A program made the position numbers and the translations under genes. A stretch of 64,000 nt of DNA from Sphaerodactylus townsendi (taxonomy: Eukaryota), in assembly GCF_021028975.2 (NCBI RefSeq), contig NC_059426.1, positions 30,690,001-30,754,000 on the forward strand, read 5' to 3'. Positions 13,355 through 26,606 of this stretch are shown one piece after another. The notes beneath the pieces are model-generated. The model was given only the letters and a program-made list of their open reading frames with translations, was not told the DNA's origin and did not search any database. The stretch's first letter is position 1. Each line of letters starts with the position of its first letter.

Positions 13355-13560
13355 CATGACTTGGATGGCCCAGACTAGCCCAAGCATGTCAGATCTCAGA
13401 AGCTTAAGCAGGGTTGGCCCTGGATAGTACTTGGATGGGAGACCACCAAGGAAATCGAGAGTTGCAGAGGCAAAGGCAAACCACCTCTGTCTCTTGCCTT
13501 GAAATTCCAACTGGATCACTATAAGTGATCTGCAACTTGTTGGTACTTTCCACTACTACC
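13355..13560 (+). mobile_element. 5S rRNA-derived SINE
   Basis: gatctcagaagcttaagcagggttggccctggatagtacttggatgggagacc resembles the 5S internal control region; related reverse copies at about 9190-9505, 14785-14945 and 26505-26690. Confidence 0.75.
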
Positions 13561-16500
13561 AGGGGAGAAACGTCGGCGCTGGGAAACAAATCTCACAGTG
13601 GTTTCTGACTGTCAGGGAAAAAGTAGGAGAACAGGTAATTCCTAATACCTCAAACATCTGTTTACCCCCAAAAGTTCTGAATGTCCCCCAAGTTCTGTAG
13701 AATGCCCCCGCCTTGGGTGAGAGGGGGGATTTGGCCCTGCTCCAATTATCCAGCCCAACATTTGTGGAATGTAGAAGAAGAGGTGGTTTTTATACTCCGC
13801 TTTTTCTCTACTGAAATAAGTCTCAAAGCAGTTGATATTCCCTTCCTTTCCTCACAACAGGCACCTTGTGAGGTAGGTGGGGCTGAGAGAGTTTTGAGGT
13901 TGCCCAGCAGGCTTTATGTTGGAGGACTGGGGAATCAAACCCAGTTCCCCAGATTAGAGTTCATCACTCTTAACTGCTAGTATATAATGTGTATGAGCAG
14001 GAATGTTTGCTCCTGGTCTTACCTTGGCTGGTTACAAGGGCAAAAGAGCATAAGAATGTGTCATATGACTGTATATTGGAAACCTACGTTAAATATTTCC
14101 TTTTGTTCTACATGGAGGTAATTGAAATAACTGTATGTGAGAGTTTTAGCAGTATACGTTGGTTTCTGAACCCAAGAACCTGGGTGGAAGAACAATATTT
14201 GTCATTGACTTCAAACAGTTCAAATGTGTGTTTAAGAAAAATGGAGTATTTGAAGTAGGTTTTAGAAAAGAATTGTGTTGGTTGGTTGAAAGGTCTTGGA
14301 CAAGAAATACAGGAGATTGGATTGAACAGGCATTCTCACGTCTCCTTCACAACAAGCAGGCCGCTAGGAAACTGGGAGAGCCCAAGTGACCTGAGCCTAA
14401 GATTTCCTTGACTTTAAGAACTAGGAATAAGCTCCTGAAGCAGATTCTATGTTTGCTCACAGTGTCTCTCCTTCCCACACCGCACAAGTAACATAAGAAC
14501 TCGAAAAGTACATGAGAAGGGAGGGACCATCGACAGGGATGCTACCAATTCCAGCACTGCCAGACCCTCAATTTGGGGCAACACTGATGTGGGAAGTAAC
14601 AGTATCATCGTCCTCTCACACAACCTCAAACTCTTGTATTGCTGGAGCAACACTGGGAGAAGATACAGTTAGTGGCTCTGATCCACTAAGACAAGGTAGG
14701 AATGGGCCTTTAAGATGGGATCTATCAAAACCACAGCATCCAGAAACCAGTAGGAGAACCTTTTACTCTCCCAGGCATACTCCCAGCTAACTTGTGGCAA
14801 CCTCATAGGGCTTTCAAAGCAAGAGACATTCAGAGGTGGTTGGTTGTTGCCTGAATGCAGGTCACAACCCTGGTTTTCCTTGGAGGTCTCCCAGGGCTTA
14901 GCTTCTGAGATCTGATAAGATCAGAGTGGTTTGGGGCTCTCCAGGGTGGACAGACTATTATAGACATCAAAGTCACCATTCTAAAAAAAAATTCAAGGAG
15001 AATATACTGTGTGAAAGTGCTGAATTAGATTCATCAATCAACTAAGCATTTCATCTCATCCTGGCTTAAACAGAGAAGTTGGATTTCCTTACTACCATCG
15101 CCAATGAATCTAAAGGACTCAACATGCTTTAATATGTTCTTAACGTGTTTTACTGGACTATATAACTCTTGCACCAGTACATGTTAATTTTTACTTAAAC
15201 TTATCCCTTCACTTGTCTGTTCAAACCTCTGACCTTCTTCATCATTGCTTGTCCTTGCTAATTCGGCTTCAAACACACAGAATTCACACAGAAGTTTTAT
15301 GAGGAGATTCAAACCTCATCTCTCCCCCTCCCCTCACTCCTAAATCTACACTTGAAAGATTCACGGCAGAAATCATTCTCTGCCTTAATTCCTCATCTTC
15401 AACCCACTTCTGGTAAGCTTCTTAAGTAGGATTCCCAGTACGATTTCCTTTTACATGTCTGAAGAAGTGAGCTGTAACTCTCACAAGCTCATATTGAAAT
15501 AAATCGTTAGTCTTTAAGGCGTCACTGGATGTTTGTTTTATTTTGCAACAGTAGACCAACTGGGCTACTACCCCTTTGCAATCTATCTCGCAGAGACAGG
15601 GAGATTCCTCATTCAAATGATGGCCAAAGCTCACTGTTCGCTAGTTATCTTCTGGCATACAAGGCCAGGCCACCTTCTGGGTACTCTGGGCAGAATTCCA
15701 GACAGTTTCACAGTATCTTGGGCATTAGCATCTTCCTGGGCAATTATGCACACATGCACACAGATATACACTGTCCTCCTCTCTGCCATACCTGGCATAC
15801 CCTATTGGTGTGATTATTTTACCCATACACACCGAAATAATTAAATACTGACACAAAACAAGAAAGAAAATCAAGTTTTAATTCACTCTTTTAGAAACGT
15901 TCACATTTCTACTTTAGGCCACACACAGGACAAGAATCGCTGGCCTGCAGAAGGTGAAACTTAAAGCATTCAAGAGAAAAAACAGATAAGTGCAAGAACT
16001 GATTGCAAATTCCTACAGTTTATCACTTAGTCTGTGCCTACATGACCTACAAGATCTACCAGACAAATACACACCCACACAGCAGAAGCTAGAAGAGTGG
16101 TATTATATGAGTAATGCGGTTTTGCAGGCACAAATTAATCATTTAATCATCCGCTTCTCCTAACCATGATTTCTTACATAAAGCCAGCACATTCTAACAT
16201 GGACTGAGAGCATCTGTAAACACGGTGAATTTGGATTCTGCACTGGTGTGGAATTAAAATATATCAATCCTATGTAAATTCTGCACGGCCACCCATGGTT
16301 TTCCCTCTATATTTGACACACACATATATACTTTCACACACCTAATTACCTACCTTACCCAACATTAGCACATCACTTTTTATTCTTATGCAGTTTTTCT
16401 AACCCCCTCAAGATTCTTAGAAGCATGCATACACACATGCAGCATCACAATGCATATTTCCCACTTTGTGCATGAAAGATACACCCTGAAAACTATTCAG

Positions 16501-17099
16501 ACCACCTACCCTACAACCACTCTGACACACAGCGCAATCCTATGCAGTTAACGTTTCTGTATACTGCCTTGACCCCACACGAGTGAGGAAAAGCAGCCAC
16601 TATTTTAAAAATAAAACTCAGAATAGATCTGCACTGATCTCCACCACTTAAGACATACAGGATTGGATCTTCCTCCTTCTCAGAGCACCATTCCTCTGGG
16701 TGAAGTGGAGCCTAACAGAGCAATCCTAAAGAGAGTAAATAAATAAATGGGATCGAACCAAATGGGATTAGATTGGAGTAACTCTCTTTAGGATTGCACT
16801 GTATAACTCGCATCAATGCTCTCGTTTATTTCCTTTGTCTCTGTGGGTTGTTCAGAATGAAGCCTGGTCTGCAAGAAACTGATGTTCAAAACCTACAGAA
16901 ACTGCACTCATGTTCAAAGCCTATAGATTCCATCCTAAATCTTCCTTCCACTTGGGACTCCTGGTTCTGGGCTCAGTCGACTGTAACTCCCCGTACTACA
17001 TTATTTATCTTATGTGGGCTTGGTGCGCACTGATCATCAGTGCAATCCTTACGGGGTATACACAGCGCAAATCCACGACAGGTTCAGACTGTGCATAGG

Positions 17100-17960
17100 A
17101 TCGGGTGCAGATGGAAGTGGTTATTCCAGAGCAGGCGGCCGGGGGCTTTTGGCACCTGTTCGGATTCACACACACACGGGAGCTCGGCTGTGGGGGAAAC
17201 CACCGACTCTCCCCCCAGGTATCGCCTGCTGCAGACTCACCCGGCCTCCCGCATGACATTGCCGTCCCCGCAGTCGCAGGCGCCGCCGGCCTGGCTGCGG
17301 AACATGTTGTAGTCGTGGCCGGCGTGCTCGCCTTGGTGGAAGCACTCGGCGCAGAGGCTCATGCAGGGCGAGATGCCGCAGGTCCGGCAGCGGTAGGCCA
17401 CGAAGTTGGCCGTCCACACCAGGCCGCACAGCGTGGCCGGGTCGTAGGCCCGCACCGCCTGCACGAAGCCGTCCCACGGCTCGCCGCCCGCCAGCAGGCA
17501 CCGGCACCACGCCAACGCCTCCGACGACGACGACGCCTCGCCAGGCCGCAGCACCCGCTCCAGCAGCGCCCGCAGCTCCGCGCCGGCCTCGCCCTCCTCG
17601 CCGCCGCCGCCGCTGAGGGCCGCCTTCAGGCGCGCCGCCGTGGAGCGCTTCTCCCGGGCGCCGGCCCCCGCCATGATGGGGACCTGCGGCGCTTCCTCCC
17701 CTTCCCACCTCAGCCGCCACCGGCTCGCTCGCTCGTGAGGCCGCCTCTTTCCCCTCCCTTCCCCTCTCGCGATAGCCGGGAAAGCCGGCTGTCTGCCCGC
17801 CTCAGGCCGCCTACTCCGCTCGGGCCTGCACCTTCTGCTGCTGCTGCTGCCGCCGCCTCAGAGCCCAGCTGGCTCCTGCCGCGCCTCTCCCCGCCCTGAC
17901 ATTAGGCCGCCCGCCCCTCATCCCTCCTCCTTTTCTGTGTTTACTCTCCAGCGTGGGAAC
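17100..17960. promoter_or_regulatory. CpG island / UBR3 promoter and 5' UTR
   Basis: Very GC- and CpG-rich; GC boxes (ccgccc); CTG/GCC triplet runs at about 17835-17858. Confidence 0.85.
17241..17674 (-). CDS. UBR3: UBR3 E3 ubiquitin ligase, coding exon 1 (UBR-box zinc finger)
   Basis: MAGAG...LCGLVWTANFVAYRCRTCGISPCMSLCAECFHQGEHAGHDYNMFRSQAGGACDCGDGNVMREAG matches the UBR3 UBR box; donor GG|GTGAGT at 17240; lies in a CpG island. Confidence 0.97.
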
Positions 17961-19309
17961 ACGTCTGAGTCGACAGAGGCCTGTAATGTAAACAACACAA
18001 TACAGCCCTGCAGAGAGGGCCCTGTAAACCGCACAGTCTCTATACAGCCCTGCAGAGAGGCCTGCAAACGGCCTGTTTTCACTTGGCCGTGGGAGAGGGT
18101 GGTGGCTTTGGGATGGTCACTGGCAGCTCGTGGGGTGTTCTAACTCTCAGGCACTGCCAGTGGTTCTCTTTCCCTCTCCCTTTTGTTTTTTGGTCTAACC
18201 TACCTCACAGGGTAGGTGTGAAGATAGAGGAGGACATCATGGAGCCCCTACTGGGGAGAAAAGCGAAGCATAGATGCCTAAATAAATAACTCCAGGTTCG
18301 TTGTTGTGGTCAGGTCCTCCTCAATTCCCACAGGTACAGAGAATGATTTGGACCAGGGAACATGGAGCCCCTACTGGGGAGAACAGCGAAGCTTAAATGT
18401 TTAAATAATAACTCCAGGCTCTTTGTTGTTGTGGTGTATAGGAAGTAACCCCAATGAAATGTAACTGCTTGCCAACAAAACTGGGCATATCTCACAAATC
18501 AGTACCTCTCCAGTGTAGAAAGGCTCTTGTTAAAGCATGGGTCTAACGAGGCAGGTGTATGGTTTTAAAATACTGGGCAGGCTGATGGAGGTTAGATCCA
18601 TCAGTGGTCTCTAGCTATGGTGACCGAAGGGAGCTTCCATCTACAAATGCCACAAACCTCTCCGAGACAGCAGCAGGAGAATGGCTTGCGGCCCAATCCT
18701 ATATGGAAGCTAAATCACATCATGGAGGCAACGCAGGGCTGTGCCAACGCGTTTGCCCCCTCTACCATCACAAGGGGCACACCTGTCAGCAAAGGAGCCG
18801 GCAATACAAAGGCCTGAAAGTTTATGTATTTATTTAGTAATTTTTTAATCCCTCACTGCTTCCCAGGAGCAGAGGCCATGCATGATATTCTCCTGGTCTT
18901 GTTCAGAAAACCATGTGAGGTGAGTTAGGCTGAACAGGGTTGCTGGCTCTGGACTGAAAAATTCCTGGAGATTTGGGAGGCAGAGCCTGGCAAAGGGAGA
19001 ATCTGCAGAGCTAAAAGAACTACCTGCCAACACTGCCGTTTTCTCCAGGGGAACTGATGACTGAATATCAGGTGTAGTTCCTGAAAAGCTCTAGGCACCA
19101 CCTGTAGATTGGCAACCCTAAGGCTGACCCAAAGTCACCCGTCAGTTTCATGGCACTGAAACTGAACAGGGCTTTCCCAGATCCCAGTCTTACACCCTAT
19201 CCACTGTACCGTCTTGTCTTTTGTTGTTGTTAATAGTGGTTGTGTTTTACTACAGCTTCTAAGAAGAAAACTGCAGTGAAATATAATCCTCTCTAAGGCT
19301 TTCACTGGA

Positions 19310-19406
19310 ATCACTAGGATGTTGTGGGTTTTCTGGGTTGTATGGCCATGTTCCAGTAGTATTTTCTCCTGACATTTCACCTGCATCTGTGGCTGGCATC
19401 TTCAGA
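19310..19406 (-). mobile_element. Penelope-like fragment
   Basis: Reverse strand ctgaagatgccagccacagatgcaggtgaaatgtcaggag. Confidence 0.65.
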
Positions 19407-22400
19407 TAGCTCCATCAGTGGTCACTGGCCATGGGGGCTGAAGGGAGCCCCCATCAACAGAGGCAGCAAACTTCTGAATACCAGTCCTGGGAGGCAGCAT
19501 CAAGGGAATTAATTGCAGCCCAGAACTATTGTGGGGGCAGAATCGTGTCGTGGAGGCGGCATGGGGATGCACTGACACATTTCCCCCCTCTGCTGACGCA
19601 AGGGGCACCCTGCCAGCAGAGTGGCAAAACCCAGACGTTCAAACAGCTGTGGAGCTGCAGTGGTATCCGATTGGATGGCGGGGCAGGGCTTTCATTGGTT
19701 TCCACCCCAGGTTTCCAAGCAGTTGGGCTACAGACCAAGGTTTTCTGGCAATTGGGGCAGGGTTGGGTTTTTCTGCCTCCCCATGCCGCTGGAAAGCCCT
19801 TTGGAGGTGGTGGGCTGAGGATTGATCTGTTGGTCTGTATGTCCTGTTTGAAGGCCTTCCAGGGCAACTGGTTGGCCACTGTATGAAACAGGTTGCTGGA
19901 CTAGATGAACCAACGGTCTGATCCAGCAGGGCTCTTCTTGTACACTTACTGAGTGACCACAGCAGTACCTGTTCAATTAGCAGCCCCATCAAAGAGGCTA
20001 GGCAGTTGGTGCCACGGCTCCACTGCCCCATCGCTCTGATAGAGGCTTCCTGGCAGTGTGGCTAGGCTTGAGAAGCAAAAAAGCCTCCTGACTGCCAAAA
20101 AAAACCCCATTGGTCTTAAAAGACTCATGCCACCATTTTGGTGGTGTAAGTCTAAAGCCTCAGCCACTGGCATAACAGGGCTAATAGCCGTGAGGAAGCT
20201 GACTATCATTGGCTCCTCCCCAGACTGCCCCTACTATGGCGGTAGCAGCAGAGGCACTGGTGCGGCGTTCCATTCTTTGGGAGGAAACAATGGCCACGCA
20301 CCAGCAGAATCGCCTCTCTGTTGGCACAACTGCCACAGGGAGGCCAAATCTGCCGATGTCGTGACACGCTGCTCCTACAGGTGGAGTTGCCCCCCCTTTA
20401 CATGGGGCTGATAAAAAAAAAATCAAGGCTCCTGTTTCATAGAGTGCCCCTTTTCATTAGGCTTGAACTCTGTCTTTTCTATTACACATTGTTTTTTTAT
20501 TTTGATACAAAGTTGCATCCAGAAAATTGCTTTGAAAACTTTAATACACTCCCAAGAAAAGATTATCGATATTAACATCATTAACACTAACATCCTTAAT
20601 AATTCCAGAGGGATACCATGTTAGTCAGTAAAAATAAGCAGAAGACTGATTGGAAGTCTGACAATATTTTATAACTAGATAAGCTTTTGTGGACTGGGGT
20701 TCACTTCGTCAGTTGCATGTAGTGAAATACGTGTATCTGACAAAGGCGGCTCTACTCCATTAAAGCTTACACTGGAATAAAATCTCATTAGTTTCTAAGT
20801 GCCAGTAAATCCTTGTTAATTTTAACTTTACGCTGTGTTTTATATGCATCAATCATAACACCATGTTTGGATTTTACACTCAAAAGTGAGATAATTTATT
20901 TAGATCAGAGGTGTTCAAATTAATTTCTGATTCACAAAACCCAATCATATTATGAGGTTGACTTCAACAGAAACAAGAAGTTATCTGAAATGCCTCAGGC
21001 CAAGCATTTGGGTTTGTAGACTGCATGATTTCAGAGTGGCCTGACTCAAAAGGTTATGAAATTAAGCCCTGTTCCTGTGGTCATCCAAAAGAATTTATTT
21101 TGCCATCAAGTCACAGCTGACTTATGGCAACCCTGTAGGATTTTCAAGGCAAGAGATGTTCAGAGGTGGTTTGTCATTGCCTACCTCTCTGTCATGCCCT
21201 GGTATTCTCTCAAAGTCTCCCATTCAAATACTTGCTAGGGTTGGGGCTCAGAGTGTGTGACTGGTCCAAGGTCACCAAGCAAGTTTCCATGACAGAGTGA
21301 AGATTCAAACCTGGACTTCTCAGATCCCAGTTCAACACCTTCACCAATATACCACAACAGCTCTTTAAAAGAGTTCATGGATGTTCAAAAATAAAGCAAC
21401 CTGTGGATTTAAGTACCTGCAGATCTGCCCATACTTGAGAAATAGATATATACAAGCAGGAACCCATACAGACTTGCAGGAAGCATCTCATCCTCACCTG
21501 TACACACTATTTCCTCTTTGCCTTTCATGGTTTGGACTTTGTTTCTCACTCTCTCTCACACACACACTCTCACGCACAGAGCAATAGAGAGAGAGAGCGC
21601 TTTTCTATAGGCAACATAGGAGGGATTCTGCCCACTTCCAAAAAGGGTCATTAACATAGGGCTGGTAAAGATGAAAGCCACACAGGAAGAGAAGAATGGA
21701 GCAGGATCAAACAGAAAGCCTGGTAGAGTCAACCCATTGGAAATACAACTACAAAATATGTCCTGCACATAAATGAATTCAGATAGTACCTCTTAAAATA
21801 TTTGCTGAAATCTCAGCTATTAATTCTGAGACACACAGCACACTCTCCTTGCTATAACCAAATAGGAGCTGGTTCATTTATGAAGCAAGATTCCCCTGAT
21901 TCTGATATTCTCTTTAAGAGCTGCTTTTTTTCCACTAGTAAAACTAGAATGGTACCTGGGCTGCAGAAAGGGAATATCATTGGCTGCTGCTGTAAACTGT
22001 TCTGACACAATTATTTTTAAAATAAACAACAAATGTGGTACATTGATTTGAGGAAGCATAGAAGAAGGAAGCCAAGACTGCCCCATAAAGCTTGCTCCCA
22101 GCCATCTGAACTACAGAAACAGCCTGGTATCTAGTACTGCCAACTCCGGTTTGGGAAATTTCTGGAGATTTGGCAGTGGATCCTTGGAAGCATGGTGTTG
22201 GGGAATGAAGCAAGCTCAGTGAAGACCTGATCCTATGGTCCATACCCTGAAGTTGCCTTTTTCTCAGGGGAAACTGATCTTTGTCGTCTGGAGATCAGTT
22301 ACGGTTTCCAGGAGATTTCTAACCCTCACCTAGATGCCATCCTGGGCTGCAGGGACTGCCTTGGGCCAGATGGTCACAGGAGGAGGAGGGGATAAATATA

Positions 22401-22558
22401 CCTCAACTGAGAATCAAAATTCCTTTGCCCAGTCCTGCACTTTACTATATCCCTGTAAAAATCCAGCTTGATTCTGAGCTTCTTAGTGTGCCTTTCTCTC
22501 ATAATTTTTAATCTATCTTTTCAGACTATGAAGGCCACAAATGTAAATCATCTTTAAT

Positions 22559-23030
22559 TAAACTGGTTCTTGTGGGTTTTCTGGGCTGTATGGCCGTGGT
22601 CTGGTGGATCTTGTTCCTAACATTTTGCCTGCATCTGTGGCTGGCATCTTCAGAGGTGTATCACAGAGAAAAGTCTGTTTCACATTGCGTCTAGTGAGAA
22701 GGGAAAGTTGTCCACACTAAACTTTTCCTTCTCACTAGACACAGTGTGAAACAGACTTTTCTCTGTGATATACCCAGTGGTGGGATTAAAATGATTTAAC
22801 AACCGGTTCCGGTGGTGGGATTCAAATAATTTAACAACTGGTTGTTTACAAGCACCATTCTTACAACTGATTCTGCCGAAGTGGTGCGAACCTGCTGAAT
22901 CCCACCACTAGATACACCTTTGAAGATGCAAGCCACAGATGCAGGCAAAACAAGACCCACCCAGCCACACAACCCGGAAAACCCACAAGAACCAGTTGAA
23001 TCCGGCTGTGAAAGCCTTCGACGATACATT
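22559..23030. mobile_element. Fold-back Penelope-like element with hammerhead-type motifs
   Basis: Two inverted copies of tgaagatgc.agccacagatgcaggc...aaaacccacaa around a centre near 22700. Confidence 0.7.
22775..22910. mobile_element. hAT MITE, CAGTGGTGGGATTC family, nested in a Penelope-like element
   Basis: TIRs; 8-bp TSD gatatacc/gatacacc. Confidence 0.85.
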
Positions 23031-26000
23031 AAATTAAACTGACTTTCCAAAATGTGACTGATGACCAAGATATCTTTTACTTACAAAACCTCTTTTAAAC
23101 AGTGTATTCTCTGTGCAGAAAAAAAACAAATGGTCTCAAAAACAAATTAAGACAAGATATGGATGGTGTTTGGCCAGTTACAGCTGCAACCCTATGCTAA
23201 GCGAGACATGTCTTAAAACGAGCAAACCATGGATTTTGGCGGTCCTGATACCTTCATACAATTGTTATTTTCAGGGCTGTCCTAAACATATCCGCTACTG
23301 CCAGATTTTTTTAAAGTATACTCATAAAATGCCATTGCCTTCCACTGCTAATACGGGTGTTTAGGATTGCAAGTGGAGTAATAGTGCAATCCACAATTAA
23401 TAGTGCAATTTAGGTGATCGTGCTTCCTCCGACTAATCAAATACATGGACAGCTATTGATGTCTCTGGTACTTCTACAATTTCTCTCTATTTCCAGGCGA
23501 GGGAGCCAAACTGGTCTTGCTATAGCAGGATGGGAACAAAAAACAAGGAGTCGAGTTCCCATTCTGTATGGCGGACCGTTTAACTCGCTGCACAATGCGG
23601 AAATTGGAGGATCATCCAAGGAATTTTTGCAAAGGTAGGGACAGTTGGGCAGGGGGGCGGGAGTAATTGTGGCGAGCATAGTTGTAGATATATCTTTGTG
23701 AGTAGGGGAAAAAGTTGAAATGATCTGGGGTAGTTTATATAGATATAGATAACGCTAGCTGTGTTCCCTTCCGGTAAGGCTGCAATTCCTATGTCTTCTT
23801 GCTTTCAAGTAGGTGTAATGTTAGTGCAGATTACTCTGAGCGCAGTAATCATGAGTGTGATCACGCTGCAGAGAGTTTAAAATCCAGCTGCACGATGCCA
23901 CAGAGAACAGGAAGCACTTAGAATTGCCAGGCTGCGCGTTAAATCGGAGAAATCTCTGAATTATTGTTTCTGCCGTCTCATGATTCCTAAAACTTTCGCT
24001 CTGTTGTCAGTAATTCTGGCTTTCCTTTTCTGTCCTCTTCTGAGTTTGCCATCTCCTTTTCCGGAGCTTAAAAAAAGCTAATGGAAAAGTTGCCCTGTTA
24101 TAATCGTTAAGTTATAGCAGGTGTTCTTGTTTTGCTGAGATTGTGCTTTAGATGTTTAGTGCAATGCTTAAGCAGTATACATTAAAAGTTCAAAGCATGT
24201 GTATTACATTTTGTATTTTGCATTTCAGCTTTTTTTCTGGGTAGAGTAAAAGCAACACTCTGATATCCAATTCATGAGAAAGAATTTTAATGAGCTATAC
24301 CCTGTACTCTCAATACAATTAAAACAATGTTGTAGGTCAGGGTATAATAATACTGTTGTTTTAAAAGAGGCGGAGGGGAACAGTGGGGGAACAGTTTAGT
24401 ACATCTGAGGGGGGGAGGGGAGGTGAGGGGCGCAATCTGTAAAAGAGACAGCTTGTTTGGGAACCAGAAGAGAACATCTAAAGTTTCCAGACAAAAAACT
24501 AAAATTTGGTGCCAGGTGAGACCTCTTACCTCATAACTTCTTCAGGCAGGGAAACCTCTTAATAGAATAAAAGGTTTATTTAACAAAGGAGAGATGGGAA
24601 AAGGAGATAAATAACTTGGAGGGAAGGAAGGAATTAGGCAGAAGAAATATATATATATACACAAGAGCTTTGGCACAGAAATGCAGTATTTGGTTTGCTC
24701 AGTTTCAGTTCTGAGTTAGCTTAGATGTTATTCAGATGTTTCTTAGACAGTCCCATTACTTAAGACGGTACTGGGTAATGGATAGTACAAACACAGGGTC
24801 CTACAGGCTTTGTACCTGTATGTTCATGTAGCCCTCACAGTTAAAAATTCAACATTGAAACATTTATTATTTTCTTTTGAGAAAAAACAAAACAAAAACC
24901 CATACACCAGACTAACTGCTTCCCAGGAATTCTTCCTCCTTCAGTCTGAAAGATATATTCCGCACTGGTTTATATATGTGGCCTTTCAGCTTGGCCCCTC
25001 AGTAAGCCATTACCAGTTCACAGTTTGTGTATAGAATTTGCTTAACACACAGCATACCAGTTGTCAACAGTAGTGTTAGTCAGTTTTCCACACTGTGACT
25101 AAATCACTCTCCTCAGAGGTGATTGAGCACAGCTAAGGCAGTTAGCTCTTAACTCCCAGACATTCAAATCCAAAAGCCCTTCAAATTGTTCTTTATAGGA
25201 AGATAACCTTCTCCCTGTGTGCATCATCAGGTTACTTCCCCCAGAGTGCAAGATGCCACAACCAATCAGGTGGCTTCTCTTGTTTCTAAGACCTTCTATG
25301 CCTCCCTCTGAATGTAAATAATGAAGCTTCTGACAGAGCTGCACTTTTGAATTACCTTTTCCTCTGAAGTCCATCACACCAGGCTTTTCAGTTAAACTAA
25401 GTCATAAACAGTGCAAAAATGGAATTACAAAGTAGAAGACTATGCAGTAAGAACAAGATAATACATACAATAAACAGTGGAACAATCTGACAGTCCAGTC
25501 CGGGGGAAGGAGTGTGAAACAACTTCGGGGAGTGTCACGGCCTCATGCAAATACGTTTGACCTCTCCTGTCAGCAGAGGAAGCAAAGGCACCAGTGGCCA
25601 ACTGCTCCTCAGCCTTGTGGCAGTGGAACTGGATATTGGGGCTGGCGCGAAACTGTGCTGATGTCCAATCGAATGCCAGGGGCAGGGCATTCCTGAGGGT
25701 GGAGCTGATGTTAATTGCTTCCACCCTGGCTTTGCAGGCAAGTATGCTGCAGCCCGGGACTCTGATTTACCCCACCCTTTTTGGGTGGCATAAGTCCATT
25801 TAGCCCTATGGAGGGGGGTTGTATTTTCTGCCTCCCTGTGCTGCTGGAAGACCCTCTAGAGGTGGTGGGGTGGCACAACAGCGGCACCGTCCCTGGCTGC
25901 CTCCGGCTGGAGATTGGGCTATAAAATCCTGTTCCTTTTTATTACAGTGCTCTTCTTTCTATTGTACTACAGTTTTGTTTCCTTTATGGAAATATACTCC

Positions 26001-26363
26001 TGAATAATTCTGTTTAACACTGTTGTGGAATGAAAGAAGTGGGGCGGGGGGCATTCCTGGCCTCCTCAGGCATGTCATTCCACAAAGTGAGAACCACAAC
26101 AAAGAAAACTTGTGGCTAGGCAGCTGTTGACCTTATCCATTAACAGGTGACACGTCAGAAGGCTTTGATTGGTGTGAAAATGAGAATACTGTTGCATGTC
26201 ATTGACAGTAGCAAAAGCAGAACCTTCAAAAGACAGCCAAGCCTTGTTATATAACCCCCCACCCCCAGAAATTATTATTGTGCTTTTGGATCTCAGGCAT
26301 GAATGCAAAAAGCATTCCCATACTTTATTTATATGCATATTTGATTGTATCTTCAAGTTGTAA

Positions 26364-26606
<243 letters not shown>

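Noticed and set aside
13375-13455. Functional 5S rRNA gene
   Set aside because: Partial, diverged and fused to a SINE tail
17105-17899. 264-aa plus-strand ORF and 184-aa minus-strand ORF over UBR3 exon 1
   Set aside because: Shadow or alternative frames of GC-rich coding and CpG-island sequence; no recognisable domain
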